Source: the human T2T-CHM13v2.0 reference genome, Homo sapiens. From it: DNA of 64,000 bases. Each line of letters begins with the position of its first letter. Positions within the stretch are counted from its first letter, which is position 1. The translations under genes and the position numbers were made by a program. The notes beneath the pieces are model-generated. The model was given only the letters and a program-made list of their open reading frames with translations. It ran no database searches and had not been told where the DNA came from. Below are positions 1 through 12,203 of this stretch, one piece after another. Where the stretch lies: the NCBI RefSeq assembly GCF_009914755.1, contig NC_060940.1. The stretch is one strand, 5' to 3'.

Positions 1-410
1 AATTATATATAATTATATGTTATATATATGAAACAGGCTGAATGTAATCCCTTATATATAATATATAATATGTGTTATATAATATATATTAATATAATAT
101 ATTGCATTACTTAATATATAATATATAACATAATCATATAACAATTATATATAGTTATATAATTATATAATTATGTTATATAATATAATTATATAATTAT
201 ATATAATATATAATATAATTATATAATTATATATAATATATAATATAATTATATATTATAATGTTATATAACATTATAATATATAAGATAATTATATTTT
301 ATTATATATTATATAATGTATAATTATATATAATATAATATGTTAGATATTACAATATATTAATATTATATATTATATAATACATATTATATATAATTAT
401 ATAATTATAT
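1..410. repeat. Very AT-rich low-complexity / degenerate (TA)n-type tract
   Basis: Almost pure A/T, built from tatataat/ataatt-like units; runs off the left edge of the window. Confidence 0.95.
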
Positions 411-468
411 TGTAGAAAGTCACCCACTTTGTGATACCCTGTAACACCACTCCTTGGGAACTAGTACA
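411..468 (+). mobile_element. MaLR (MLT1-type) LTR 3' end
   Basis: cacccactttgtgataccctgtaacaccactccttgggaactagtaca resembles the MLT1 terminus (...tttgtggtactttgttacagcagcc...aaactaataca). Confidence 0.55.
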
Positions 469-594
469 ACTGTCAATTTAGATTTTTTTTATTAGGGAAG
501 AAAATTACCCATTATATTTAGTTTTTTAAATATGTTCATCATATACAAAATTTTATTTTTGTTCATTTTTGTAACTATAATAAACACTTAAAAA

Positions 595-715
595 CAGAAG
601 TTTTGTCCGATTGTTCACTATGTATCTTAAGTGACAAGAACAGTGCCTGGACTAGTAGGCATTTTGTAAATATATTTAATAAATACATAAATATATTAAA
701 TAAATAAATACATTG
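595..715 (+). mobile_element. L2 3' end fragment
   Basis: ttttgtc..ttgttcactatgtatc...agaacagtgcctgg..tagtaggc...aaata, typical L2 terminus. Confidence 0.65.
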
Positions 716-1093
716 AATACAGAAATACATTCAAAAGAATAAATGAATGTATATAGAGAGGAGATTTGTTACCAATATGTGAGTTAAAATCAGAGTGATA
801 TGTCAATAATTTGTTTTAATTTTCTATTATTATTTAATTTTCTATTATGGTTTAACATTGAAAATATATTATTACTTTCCTTTGTCTTCCCTTTTGATGA
901 TTCTGTCAATATTATTCCACAGTGTTTTCCTTTGTGAAGAAAATACAGCTGTTCTGGTTTGCATTCAATTAACATTAACCTGGTTTTCATGATAGGATAT
1001 TTGTCAAATTTCTCTTTTTCCACTTGTGCTTTTGAAATCTTGTTTCATCTCCTTATTTTTTAAACTAGTTTTGTAAAGTTTCCTAATTATAAA

Positions 1094-1120
1094 TCTCTCT
1101 GTCTCTGTCTCTCTGTCTGT

Positions 1121-1174
<54 letters not shown>

Positions 1175-1180
1175 TGTGTG
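1094..1180. repeat. Compound (CT/CTGT)n-(GT)n microsatellite
   Basis: About 23 GT units at 1124-1170, then cgcgtgtgtg. Confidence 0.97.
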
Positions 1181-1274
1181 ATAAATCTGTTCTGGCTGCA
1201 CATTCACCTTCTACAATTCAGGCCAGCCAAAGCCCATAAATTATAGGGTAACTTGTAATAAGCAATCTAGAAGC

Positions 1275-1605
1275 ATACTGTTCAGGAGAAATATAATGTG
1301 TACCACATATATTAATTTTAAATTTTCTAGAAGGATACTAAAAAAGGAAAAAGTAGATACAATTTAATTAATCAATTTTAATAGTACAATTTAAACATAT
1401 CGAAATAGTATTAAACATATCCAAATAGTATTAATTTAGCATGTCATCAATAGAATATTATTAACAAGGCATTTTACACTTTTTTGGTACTGTCTTTGAA
1501 ATCCCATATGCATTTTGTGCATATGACAGTTCTCATTTGGACTTGCCACACTTCAAATGCTCAATAGTCATATGTAGCTTGCAGCTACCTTATTGGGCTG
1601 CACAC
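1275..1605 (+). mobile_element. MER33 (hAT-Charlie DNA transposon fossil)
   Basis: agaaatataatg...ccacatatattaattttaaattttctag ... ccacacttcaaatgctcaatagtcatatgtagc..gctaccttattgg match MER33 ends; 20-bp internal tandem duplication at 1391-1430. Confidence 0.8.
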
Positions 1606-3241
1606 TTCTAGTGACATCTTGTCATTAGCACCAGTGTATGTTAAATATATCTGATTTCATTATTATTAAAACGTCCCCTGAGTAAAGGCAGATGCTGTTT
1701 CCCAGAGTTGCTGGCAAGCTTGATGTTTGATGAGTCTAGTAATGCATAGGATCTGTTCTCAGGTTGCTTCATCAGCCATAGCCCGTCTCCTGAAAGATGG
1801 CTCCCTCTAGTGTCTCTACTTGAGTTAGTGAGTCGATTTCAGGATGATGTAAATGCCCTTTCAGCCTTTTATCTTCTCCCACTAAGGATTTACCATATGT
1901 AGGACAGGTAACCACTGAATTTCTGAAACAGCCTCATGAAATCCAGTCAGTACATTTAGCAGCTATTTTGTATGGCCAGGGGAGAATTTAAAGGCTTAGA
2001 CAATTCAGCAGCTACAGCAGGGAGATCTTTGGGCTGTGGATCAGGATGGGCTGGAAAAGATAGGGAGGGTTACTATTGGGTGCAAATGCAAGGGATAGAT
2101 CTATTCATAAATGCTGTGAACTTTGGAACCCCCAGCTAAAGTGTACACTTGAGCACCATTTCCATTTAACAGTGTGCTCCATTGGGGTGTTTCCTCAATT
2201 TGAATGTTTCACAGACATCACCTAAGTCATGATGGGTGTTTCTGGTTTCAGGATTGCCAGGTCTCTTGATGTAGGAGCAATTCCTGCCAATGCCCAACAA
2301 CAAGCTCACAATTATGTTTCTAAAGGGCTGAATTGAGCAGCTGCATCAGACCACTTTCAAGTCCAAAATCTCTGCCGTCTCCACTGAGCAGCAATATTGA
2401 TTTCTGCCAAAAGCTCTAGTCTGTGTGTGTTCCAGTTGTTGACACTTCTACAATCATTTGTGCATTCGGGTCATAAGGCTCAAGAGACACTGCCTGATTG
2501 ACAGCCCTTTATAAATCTTTTATTTGCTTGTTTCTGTCAGGCCACAATTCAATCTCAGATTTCTTTCTAGTGACTTTGTGGAAAGGACTAACAATATCCC
2601 AGAGTGGAAGATGTGATTATGCCATAACTCAAACAGATTCTCCAGTCTCTGGGCTGTTTAGTAACAAGGTCAAGATCAGATTCTAAATTATTTCTTATGA
2701 TAGGAGGAAAGCCTCTTGTGATCTGGCTCATGTTCTTTTCTAAATTTTCAGGGACTGGGGCAGGTCTTGAATTGTACTGGGGTTTATCTGCCGTGCTTTA
2801 TTGACAGCTGGGTGACACAGTCTCTAAAGTATACTTTGCTTTTTCCTCTGAGGAGGCAATTAAGATATCATTGATGTTATCAACTTACTCCTGGTTATCA
2901 AGATCAAGTGCAGCTACGCTGGATTGTGATAGTATACTGGTTAGCTTAAATGTCTTTTTGTTAATATGTGGAGGCAGTGTTCTTGATTGACTTCTGAAAT
3001 AGGTGTACAAAAGAAAGCATGAGCTAAGATCTATACTGAATGCTCTCCTTTGATCCATTGCCTGTTGGTGCAATTGTATTGGTTTTGCTTTTTGTTTTTC
3101 TGAATTATATCTATAGCACATCCAACGCTATGGTGGATCTACCTAGATGAACTCCCAGTGGTCCACTATCAGTATGTGTAGATAACCTGCTTTGCGTTTT
3201 TGGTGTGTAAGGGCTATTAAAAGAGAATTATTGGGTTTACT

Positions 3242-3590
3242 GATTTTTTAAAGATTGAGTAGTATTCCATTGTGTATACATACTACATATTCTTTATTCA
3301 TCTGTTGATGGATACTTGGGTTGATTCCGTGTCTTGGCTATGGTGAATTATACTGTAATTAACATGGGAGTGCAGCTATCTCTTTGCCGTATTGACTTTA
3401 CTTCCTTTGGATATATACCAAAAAGTTGGATTGCTGAAACTACCATATGCTACTTCTAATTAGAGTTTTTTGAGGAACCTCTACATTGTTTTCTATGGTG
3501 GCTATACTAACTTACATTCAAACATACATTAAAATTCCACATTGTATACCATAAATATAAATAATTTTCATTTATCAATTAAGGAAAATA
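3242..3590. mobile_element. 5'-inverted L1MA-type insertion inside the ERVL pol
   Basis: Minus-strand L1 segment ~3242-3519 followed by a plus-strand L1MA terminus (cacattgtataccataaatata...tcaattaaggaaaata); degenerate TSD aattattgg/aattaatgg. Confidence 0.7.
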
Positions 3591-4659
3591 ATTAATGGAG
3601 ATCAATATCACTATTTCAATCATTAATGCTAATTAAAGCATTAATGTTCTCTTTTACTTCTGGAACTCTGTATTATTTAGTATTTTCTACAGAGGAGGTC
3701 TTAGGCAATTGCAAAGATTGTAATTTATCATTTCAGGTGACACCAGGTGGAGGGTGACTATGGAACATGGAACACACGCAGTGTAATAATGTAGGAGCAG
3801 AGTCCTCCATTCTCCTGTGACACCCATTCCCATTATACACTTAGGTAAGGGAGATGAAATGAGAGAATACTTTCTCCAGTCGTATTTTCCAAATTAGAGT
3901 TTAACTGGTACGTTGTTATTGTCTACCACAGCATTTCCGCGTTCTCCAAGTTTCACCTTTAGACCTCTTAGACTGTCCTCCTAGCCCCTATGTGGATTTC
4001 CATAGACTGATTGCGAAGAGTTAATAATTCCACATATTTTAGTTATTGCCCTCAGGCCATTCCATCCACATCACTTTCTAGTTCTTTGGATTCCCTCACT
4101 GAGGGGTGGGTGGGCAGATCCCAAATCCTTACTTAATTTACATAAAAAGGAAATATGGCTTTAACTGAGGGATTACATTCAGCCTGTTTAAGTATTTCCA
4201 TTCCAAATCATAATCCTTATGATTGGATTTGTACTTATCCATGCTAAGTTATATGTGGAAACTTCGAGGGGGCTTCTTAAGGTATGCATGTCATAGCCAA
4301 CAATGAAGTTGGATTTTTACCTCTCATGCTTCAAGATTATACCGCCAAAACCCTACCAATAATCCTCTCAATTCCCCCTTTTTCATCCTGTTTTTCAGCA
4401 GCAGTGGAACAATTCCAGCAGAGTAGGTCAAGCATCACTGCTTTCCTTCTTCTTTATAATTTCCCTCTTTAGTCTCACCTTTCTTTCGGGAAGCATGAAC
4501 ATTTCTGCTACCAATTAATCCCATACATAATAACTGAGGTTACTGTCTCTTGAGTACTTCTTGACCACTAACTAAAACTATGAAACATGACAAGCACAAA
4601 TTTAGGGATCCCCATAAATCACAGCATCTATCATGGTTTGGGTCAGTGGTATCAAATAG

Positions 4660-4771
4660 GTATCCATTGTCTTGATTGTATTTATGATTTCAGGGATGTA
4701 TACATATGCCAAAACTTAAAGTATATGCAATTTGTTATATGTCAATTATATCTCAATTAAAGCTGTCAAAA
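4660..4771 (+). mobile_element. Old L1M (MC/ME-type) 3' end
   Basis: tcttgattgt...tatacatatgccaaaact...tatgtcaattatatctcaattaaagctgtcaaaa. Confidence 0.7.
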
Positions 4772-5616
4772 ACTGTAGCTGTATGACCCCAATTGCCATT
4801 TAACCAATCTAAAGTTGCCTCCACCTTTATCATTTCTACTGTTTCAGAACCTCCAAGCTTGTGCATAATTATCAATGGATAAGAGACAGAAGAAGCAATA
4901 TACACAGCATCTGGGAGGCTCCTAATCCACAGATAAGGCTTCCTAAGCTTCCTTTCCTATGCTAGACATATTTTGGTGATGGAGTATGACAAGCACACGG
5001 GACACATTAGCCATGGAGGCTGCTGAGTTCTGGAGTTCCACTAGACACATGGTCTTGCTGTGGTTATATGTATAACTTGCATGCTTCAGCTCAGCTTCCC
5101 ATGATTTTCAGGATAATTTAATATGAGCAGTCTAAATAGACCAGGACGTAATGCTGAAATGATTTCTAGATCAGTAGTCAGCGCGTAGCCAACCCTTTCA
5201 GGACCCTCATTTGTCTTCTATGTTAGTGTATTCCATCAGTCGATATTTGCAAAGAATTCTGTTCAGAGTCAAAACTTCTTCAGAGATCCCTAAGGAGGGA
5301 GGAATAAATTACAGGCCCATGGTTACTCTTTCATATAATATCTAAAAGGCCATTATGTGAAAAGATTGTCTCTGAAATCTAATTCTTGCCTCAGCCAGGT
5401 CAATTTAGGAAAACTGCACTGGCAGCAGCCAGCTCTGTAATGCTGCCCAAGCAGATAAAAGCTTGTAGATTTGAATAAGGCCCAGACCGCGCTTGCTGCC
5501 TCTGTGGAAACAGATGTTTTCCTGTGTGAAAACAGCCACTTGCCTATGGACAAAGCTTTTTATAAGCTGGTCGTGGACACAGATGTCTTCAATTTTTTTT
5601 TTCACTGTAATGATAC

Positions 5617-6063
5617 TGCAGTGAACAGCTTCTGAGATGGCCCCTAGCAATCCTGCCTCCACATCCAGGCCTTTGTCCCTTCCCTGTGAATGGGTGCTGG
5701 CTGAGTAGTTTGTTTCAAACCAGCAGAATATGGCAAAAGTTGTCACTCCCATGATTAGGTTACATGATATAGTCGAGTAGAATGTATTCCTTTGCTGGCT
5801 TTGATGAGGCAAGTTGTTTTATCAGGAAGGTCCACATGGCAAGAAACTGAGGGCAACCTCTGACCAACAGCCAGCTAGAAAACGAACCCTCAACCCAACA
5901 GCTCATGGGAACTGGATCCTGCCAATGATCATATAAGTGGGCTTGGCAGTTGATCCTTTCCCAGTCAAAACTTCAGACAAGAACACAACCCTGGCTGACA
6001 ACTTGATTACAGCCTATGAGAAATTCTAAAGGAGAGAGCCCAGGTAACACTCATAGAAACTGT
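5617..6063 (+). mobile_element. MLT1E/F-type MaLR LTR, 3'-truncated
   Basis: cttctgagatggcccc...cagaatatggcaaaag...ccacatggcaagaaactgaggg...ctggctgacaacttgattacagcc...catagaaactgt. Confidence 0.8.
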
Positions 6064-6069
6064 CTCATT

Positions 6070-6153
6070 GGCCGGATGCAGTGGTTAACACCTGTAATCC
6101 TAGAACTTTGGGAGGCCAAGGCAGAAGGATTGCTTGACACCAGGAGGTTGAGG
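6070..6153 (+). mobile_element. Alu/FLAM fragment
   Basis: ggccggatgcagtggttaacacctgtaatcctagaactttgggaggccaagg. Confidence 0.85.
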
Positions 6154-6376
6154 GGAAGGAGTGGCTTTGGGTATAAGTGCAATTTAGGCTGAATCCTGGA
6201 GGAAACCTAACGTTCCTTTGAAAGATTTGAGGTTTATAATTAAAAGCAGAGATTCCATAGACTTGGCAATTTAAAAATACCAGATGTTGCATTGTGAGCA
6301 GGAGGATATCAGTTCAGCACCTCTACCCCCCAAAAAGAAAAGAAATTCAGGGAGGGAGCAAAGAAACATTCCTAAA

Positions 6377-6666
6377 ATGAATTGGAGCTGGAGGCCATTA
6401 TCCTAAGTGAGTTAATGCAAGAAGAGAAAACCAAATACTGCATGCTCTCATTTATAAGTGGGAGCTTAACACTGAGCACACATGGACATAAACATGAGAA
6501 TTACAGATACTATGGAATTCTAGAGTGGGGAGGGAGGGAGGGAGGGAGCATGGGTTGACAAACTACTTATTGGGTGCTGTGCTCGCTACCTGGGTGCAAT
6601 ATGCCTGTGTAAAAAAACTGCCTATATATGCCCTGTATCTAAAATAAAAGTTGAAATTAAAAAAAA
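6377..6666 (+). mobile_element. L1PA15-16/L1PB 3' end
   Basis: ggagctggaggccattatcctaagtga...aaaccaaatactgcatg...aaaataaaagttgaaattaaaaaaaa. Confidence 0.85.
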
Positions 6667-6780
6667 TGTGTGTGTGTGTATATATGTATGTGTGCATATA
6701 TGTACATATATATGTATATACATATATACATACATATACACGTATCATACGTATATACGCACACACATGCACATACATCC
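6667..6780. repeat. Compound (TG)/(TA)/(CA) microsatellite
   Basis: Dinucleotide low-complexity run after the L1 tail. Confidence 0.9.
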
Positions 6781-7573
6781 AAGAGACAAAGATAAGTGGG
6801 AAAAATATAACTATATTTTAGCATACTGGATGTTTCTATATTTTAGCTTTTATCAGTTTTATAAGGAATCATGCAATAGCAATCTCTTGAAAAACAAATC
6901 CCTCGGAAGCAAAAGAATGCTGTTTAAATTACTATTCTCATTGCAAAGTATAGAGATAGCAAGACATTCAGATCACTAAATTCACCTTCTAACATTAGAT
7001 TATTTTTATATTTAAACTTTGAAGTTCACTGAGCTTTTACATTTTAAAGATATTAAAATATGAAATTATGTTTTAGTTTGAATGATTTTCTTTAATTAAC
7101 TATATACTTTTGTGGAATTTTTTGAAGGCGATCTAGTTAGCAGGAAAACTGATTTTCTCTCTGCTTTTTACTGCTTCCCATATTCTGGTGGAAGTTACCA
7201 AAACAATTCAAAATGTGTTCAGGATATATGTAAACTTACCTCGGGGCTAATAAAAAATAAAAGGACATAATTTTGAGGAGGTTCTGCTATATTTAGCAGA
7301 GATTGGATTATTTTGAACTAAGATTGTAATGATAATCCAGCAAATCTCCCTTTTTTGATGAAACCATGTCAAGTCATTCTGTTGGATATCATTGGAGACT
7401 GTTATCTAAGATATTTAATGAAAAAAATGGAAATCAATAGCTTGGAGGTTAGGGCAAACTGAGCTAAATAATAAAGATTTCATTTGGAATCCTGTTTGTC
7501 ATTAAATATCAAAAAAATTTGAAAGACTTAGGAATGTCCCAGGAACATAGTAGGTGCTCAACAAATACATTAA

Positions 7574-7602
7574 ATGTGTGTGTGTGTGTGTGTGTGTGTG
7601 TA
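7574..7602. repeat. (TG)n microsatellite after an L2-like terminus
   Basis: tgtgtg run preceded by acatagtaggtgctcaacaaata. Confidence 0.9.
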
Positions 7603-8411
7603 TAACACTAAGGGTTTGCCTACTAGTCTTCTATGGGCAGGAAGAAGGCTTTGTACATGGCCTGTGGCTTCTTCAGGGTTTTCCCCTGACAAATAATGCA
7701 ATTCTGCTTATGTCTAGTTGGTAGAATCTACTTACAAATGTTAAAATAGAACACCTGCACTCCCATAATTACCAGTGGATTTAATTTAATTCATTGAAAC
7801 TTACTAGATTCTAGTGGTGTGAAAAAGTACATTACATTTGAAATGATTTAATTTGTCTGTTTTTCTGGTTGCCTTAAATTCTATCCATTTATTAATCCGA
7901 GGAGGAATTAGTCATGAACCCAGTATTCTGATACAATATGGGATAACCTTTTCTCCAAAACACAATTTTCCATCATTGTCACTGCAATTTTGAGAGGTGT
8001 ATTACCATACAACAAGATAAACACTGTGTGATTTAGTATAAGGTATTGTTGACAAAGTTAAGTGCTTTACCTGGAATGTGTTTAATGATGCCCATGGGAG
8101 GGAAGGTTTTCTGAGCAGATGTAAGGATAATTTTGTTGCCTCTGAGCATCGGCTTAACATCATTAGGACACTACCAAGCAGGAGGGAGAATGTGCTGCCT
8201 TCACTGCACAAACTGAAGGAGAAAATGAAATCAATTCAGCCGTCCTTTTTGGTAATTTTGTATGGACCAAGTTTTGTGTTGTATTCTGTATGTTTGTTTT
8301 ATTTTTACCTGATCTTTACTACTTAAGTTTTATTATTTTAATAAGTAGTAGTTCTTATTCTCATTAAACTCACTATACTCTTATTATACAGTTAATATCA
8401 TACTCAAAATA

Positions 8412-8556
8412 TTTTTATTGTTTTTCAACTTATACAAATTTATGGAGTAAATGTAAAATTTCGTCACATGTATATAATGTGTAGTGATGAAGTTAAGGTA
8501 TTTAGTGTGTCCATTACCTGAGTACAATACATTTTTGTTAACTATAGTCACCCTAA
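8412..8556 (-). mobile_element. L1MA 3' end
   Basis: tatacaaatttatggagta...tagtgatgaagttaaggtatttagtgtgtccatt...aactatagtcaccct. Confidence 0.75.
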
Positions 8557-8677
8557 TCCATATATTTTGAAAGTTGCTGGAAATCATTTTTGGAAGAAAC
8601 TAGGACAAATTATTCAATATTTAAATAGCAGGGAAAATATATAAAATATGTTCAATACTTCTAAAATATCTGCATTT

Positions 8678-9528
8678 AGGGCAAAGGACATGAACAGACA
8701 CTTCTCAGAAGACATACAAGTGGCCAAAAAGCATATGAAAAAGGGCTCAACAACACTAGTCATTAGAGAAACACAAATGTAAATGACAATGAGATGCCAT
8801 CTTACACCAGTCAGAATGGCAATTATTAAAATGTCAAGAAACAACAAATGTTGGCAAGGTTGTGGAGAAATGGGAACAGTTATACACTGTTGATGGGAAT
8901 GCAAACTAGTTCAGCCACTGTGTAAAGTAGCTGGAGACTTCTCAAATAACCTAAAACAGAATTACCATTTGACCCAACCTTCCCACTACTAGGTGTATAT
9001 ATCCAAAGGAAAATAACTTACTCTGTCAAAAAGACATATGCACCCGTATGTTGATTGCAGTGCTGTTCCCAATAACAAAGACATGGAATCAACCTAACTG
9101 CCCATCAACAATGGGTTGATTAAAGAAAATGTGGTACATATACCTCACTGAATACTGTACAGCCAAAAAATGAATGAAATCATGTCCTTTGCAGCAACAT
9201 GGATGGAGCTGGAGGTCATTATCCTAAGTAACCTAGCACAACAGCAGAAAACCAAATACCACATATTCTCACATATAAATGGGAGCTAAACATTGAATAC
9301 ACATAAAATAAAGATGCAAACAACAGACAGTGGGTAGCAGTAGATGGGGAAAGGAGGGTGGGGGACATGGGCTGAAGAGCTGCCTGTTGGGCACTGTGCC
9401 TACTGCCTGTGTGATAGAATCATTAGGACCTCCAGCCTCAGTGTCGCTCAGTTAACCTATGTAACAAACCTGCACATGTACCCTTTAATCAATAATAGAA
9501 GTCTAAATTTAAAAATAAAAATAAAATA
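8678..9528 (+). mobile_element. L1PA16/L1PB 3' portion
   Basis: gggcaaaggacatgaacagacacttctca...gtaacaaacctgcacatgtacc...A-rich tail. Confidence 0.9.
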
Positions 9529-12203
9529 CTAACAAAAGGATTTAAAATATAAAAATATTTATTTTTATAGATAGTAAAGAATATATGAATGCTTTATAGC
9601 GTGACTTATAATACATTAATTTATTGCAAATTATAATGTATTTTTTAAAATTTATATCTATTTTTATAAGCATTGGACCCAACTGTTAAGATATTTATAA
9701 AGGGATATTGAAGACAAAGTTATAGAGTTAGGATTATGAAGAGGTTAACAACATAAAACATTACCAGGAAAGGAAGAGGCATTATTTTGTTAGAGAAGTA
9801 ACAGGTACAGTTTCAGGCAGGGAAAAATAAATGAGGTATTTACAAATGTCTCTTCGGCTTCTACTCCTGTGATTTTTCTGTTAACTCTGAATACACCAAG
9901 GATAGATATTATTGAAGATAATTACTTGCCTTGGGAAATATCATGGGTGTTTTTTTCCTCCTCAAATACAAATAACAGCCTGTTCTATTCAGTCACATAA
10001 TTTCTAAAATCTCGTTCTGACATTTTCCCCAAGTGATTCAAAGTCTTGTGAGGAAACATTCTAGTCTTCAGAAACAAGTTTAGGATGCAGGTCTCTGACA
10101 AATTAAGCCTCATGATGCCTGAAAAAAAGGACTCCTGGGAATGGAAAACCGAGAAGGTCAGTATCCTCTGCATATTCCTGTAAGAGAAAAGTCACTCCTG
10201 AGGAATGACTTATTTCTTTCGCAACAAGGAAAAAGTGGATCAGGGTGAATATTTTCCTCTCTGATAAATGTATCTCTTGTAGTTATGGTTGTTTCTATGA
10301 CAACTTCCATCACTTTTGAGAACAAGATACTCCCTAAATGCAAATTTTAAAAGTAAACTACTGTACTTTTTGTGAAAGAAACCAAACTAAACCAAAACAA
10401 AAACACTTGTATGTAATGCAAAGGTAAATTATTTTTTTTCCGTGATGCAGAATTACCTTTGCACCTTTCAAGATAGTTGTCATACGAATTGCTTGATCTA
10501 TGGGTGGCGTGGGTAGATTGAGTGATTCGAGTTATTTGGAACGATCCTTAGATATTCAACTTCTTATAGTGTTATGAACCAAATGTAGTAGTAATATGCA
10601 AATGGCATTGCTTTAATATGGTGTGAGCATTTAAGGACACTTGCAAAACCAACAGTGCAAAATTCTTGATATTTTAGATAGCAGTTTATCCCTAAATTTT
10701 ATTAAAATACATATTTCTTTTAACATATAAAGCATGAAAATAATAAAGGTAATAATTAGTAAATTACAATACATGAGAATTTCTTTTCTTCATAGTTAAT
10801 ACTAGAATAGGATTTTTTTAATTGGGCAGTATTAAGTATTTATGAGGACGTGAAGTAACGAATTCTTATTCACTGCTCATGGGACTTTATATGACCATTT
10901 TAGAAAATAATTGGACACCATAAGATTAGGAAAAAAATGTTGGCTAACACTTTAAAATATAGATAAAAGATTGAGCAATGAGATTTATTATTTCTTTAGT
11001 TCATTAGTTTGCTTTGAGAAATTGCTTTGAATTATATAGACATGATGAGACTGATGTGATCATTGTAGTTTTATTCATGCCAGGAATAGAGCAAAGTATT
11101 AAATGGCACTTTGACACTTTGGATATTATTTTAGTATTTGAGATATGAAGCTTTAGGCAGAAGAGGAAGGAATTAGAAGATAGAACTAGATAGCAACCAT
11201 TATCAGGAAAGAATTACAGCATAGCCTTTTATAATGTAGAAAAGAGGTCCTTGATTAATAGCAAAAAATAAATCAAGCAATAAAAATCATTTTGAACTGA
11301 GAATTTCCTGGTGACAGAAGTCGGAGCCAGAAGATGGGGATGTACAAAAATTAAATTGTTTGGCTAAACTTCTAGTATAATACTTGAATTTCATGAGAAA
11401 ATGAAAGGTTCTGAGAGCAAAAAGACTTTTAACGAATTGAAATTATGAATACTTATAAGAATGGTCACTTATAGAATTTAGAAAATACTTTTAAAAAGTA
11501 AATACATCTAGTGACTGACAAATGATAGTTTTTATTCAAACAAAAAACTCAAATTGATTTTGAAGAAGAATTTGTGGTAGTGTGTGAAGTTTAAACAGGA
11601 AATTATATAATACCTTGATCAAGAAAATCAGTTCAATTAATTATTGATGATAAAAGCTAACACCACATAGTATTAGCTGGAAATCTTAGTTATTCACTTG
11701 TAAGACAATGTGAAAAAGAAAGAAATAATATTAAGTATCAGAATGAAATACACATTCTGGCCTATTAATTGCTTTTCTGTAAAATAAACCAATTTTATCT
11801 GACTTTAAGGAAAGTAAGTACTACGTGAGTGGAATAATACTAAGGATAAAGCTTCTTCAGGCATGTGGTATTTTTAGAAGATCATTTAATCAATCTGATT
11901 CCACGCAATTGATCTGAGTCCATAGGTCTGGTTTGATTGGCATCAGTGATTCCAGTAGTTCCCAGAAACAGCCAGGTGATGAGATCTGCTATAGGATGTT
12001 ATTTTAGGAACATGGAGATAGCACAGCCTCTTTCTCATGCCGGCACTCATGATGAAGACTAAAGTTGGTTCTGGCCTGTGTCCATGCTGTGCCTAGGGAT
12101 ACAAGCTTGATCCATTCACATATAATGTTAATACGTGAAGACATCTTTCATAATCATTTTGGTAACACACTGTAAGGAGTGAAGAAATGTTGAAATTATC
12201 TTG

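Larger units (their letters stand above)
1610..5600 (-). mobile_element. Ancient class III (ERVL-type) endogenous retrovirus internal region, degenerate gag-pro-pol
   Basis: Hand translation of the minus strand: SPLPKCIMG (3829-3854, protease C-term), LIVDHWEF (~3147-3172), AFSIDLSSCF (ORF 2885-3121, RT motif A), VDNINDIL (2861-2884, decayed YIDD), NQAVSLEPYDP (2467-2499), ACCWAL (2288-2305), KPETPIMT, HTVKWKW (2153-2176). All are collinear with ERVL Pol. The gag assignment (4100-5600) and outer boundaries rest on position only. Confidence 0.8.

Noticed and set aside
3621-3646. 10-bp inverted repeat; also an 11-bp one at 30059-30086
   Set aside because: Short AT-rich palindromes are expected at this base composition.
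5617-6063. MLT1 LTR as the 5' LTR of the ERVL fossil
   Set aside because: It is on the opposite strand and from a MaLR family, so it is more likely an independent insertion.
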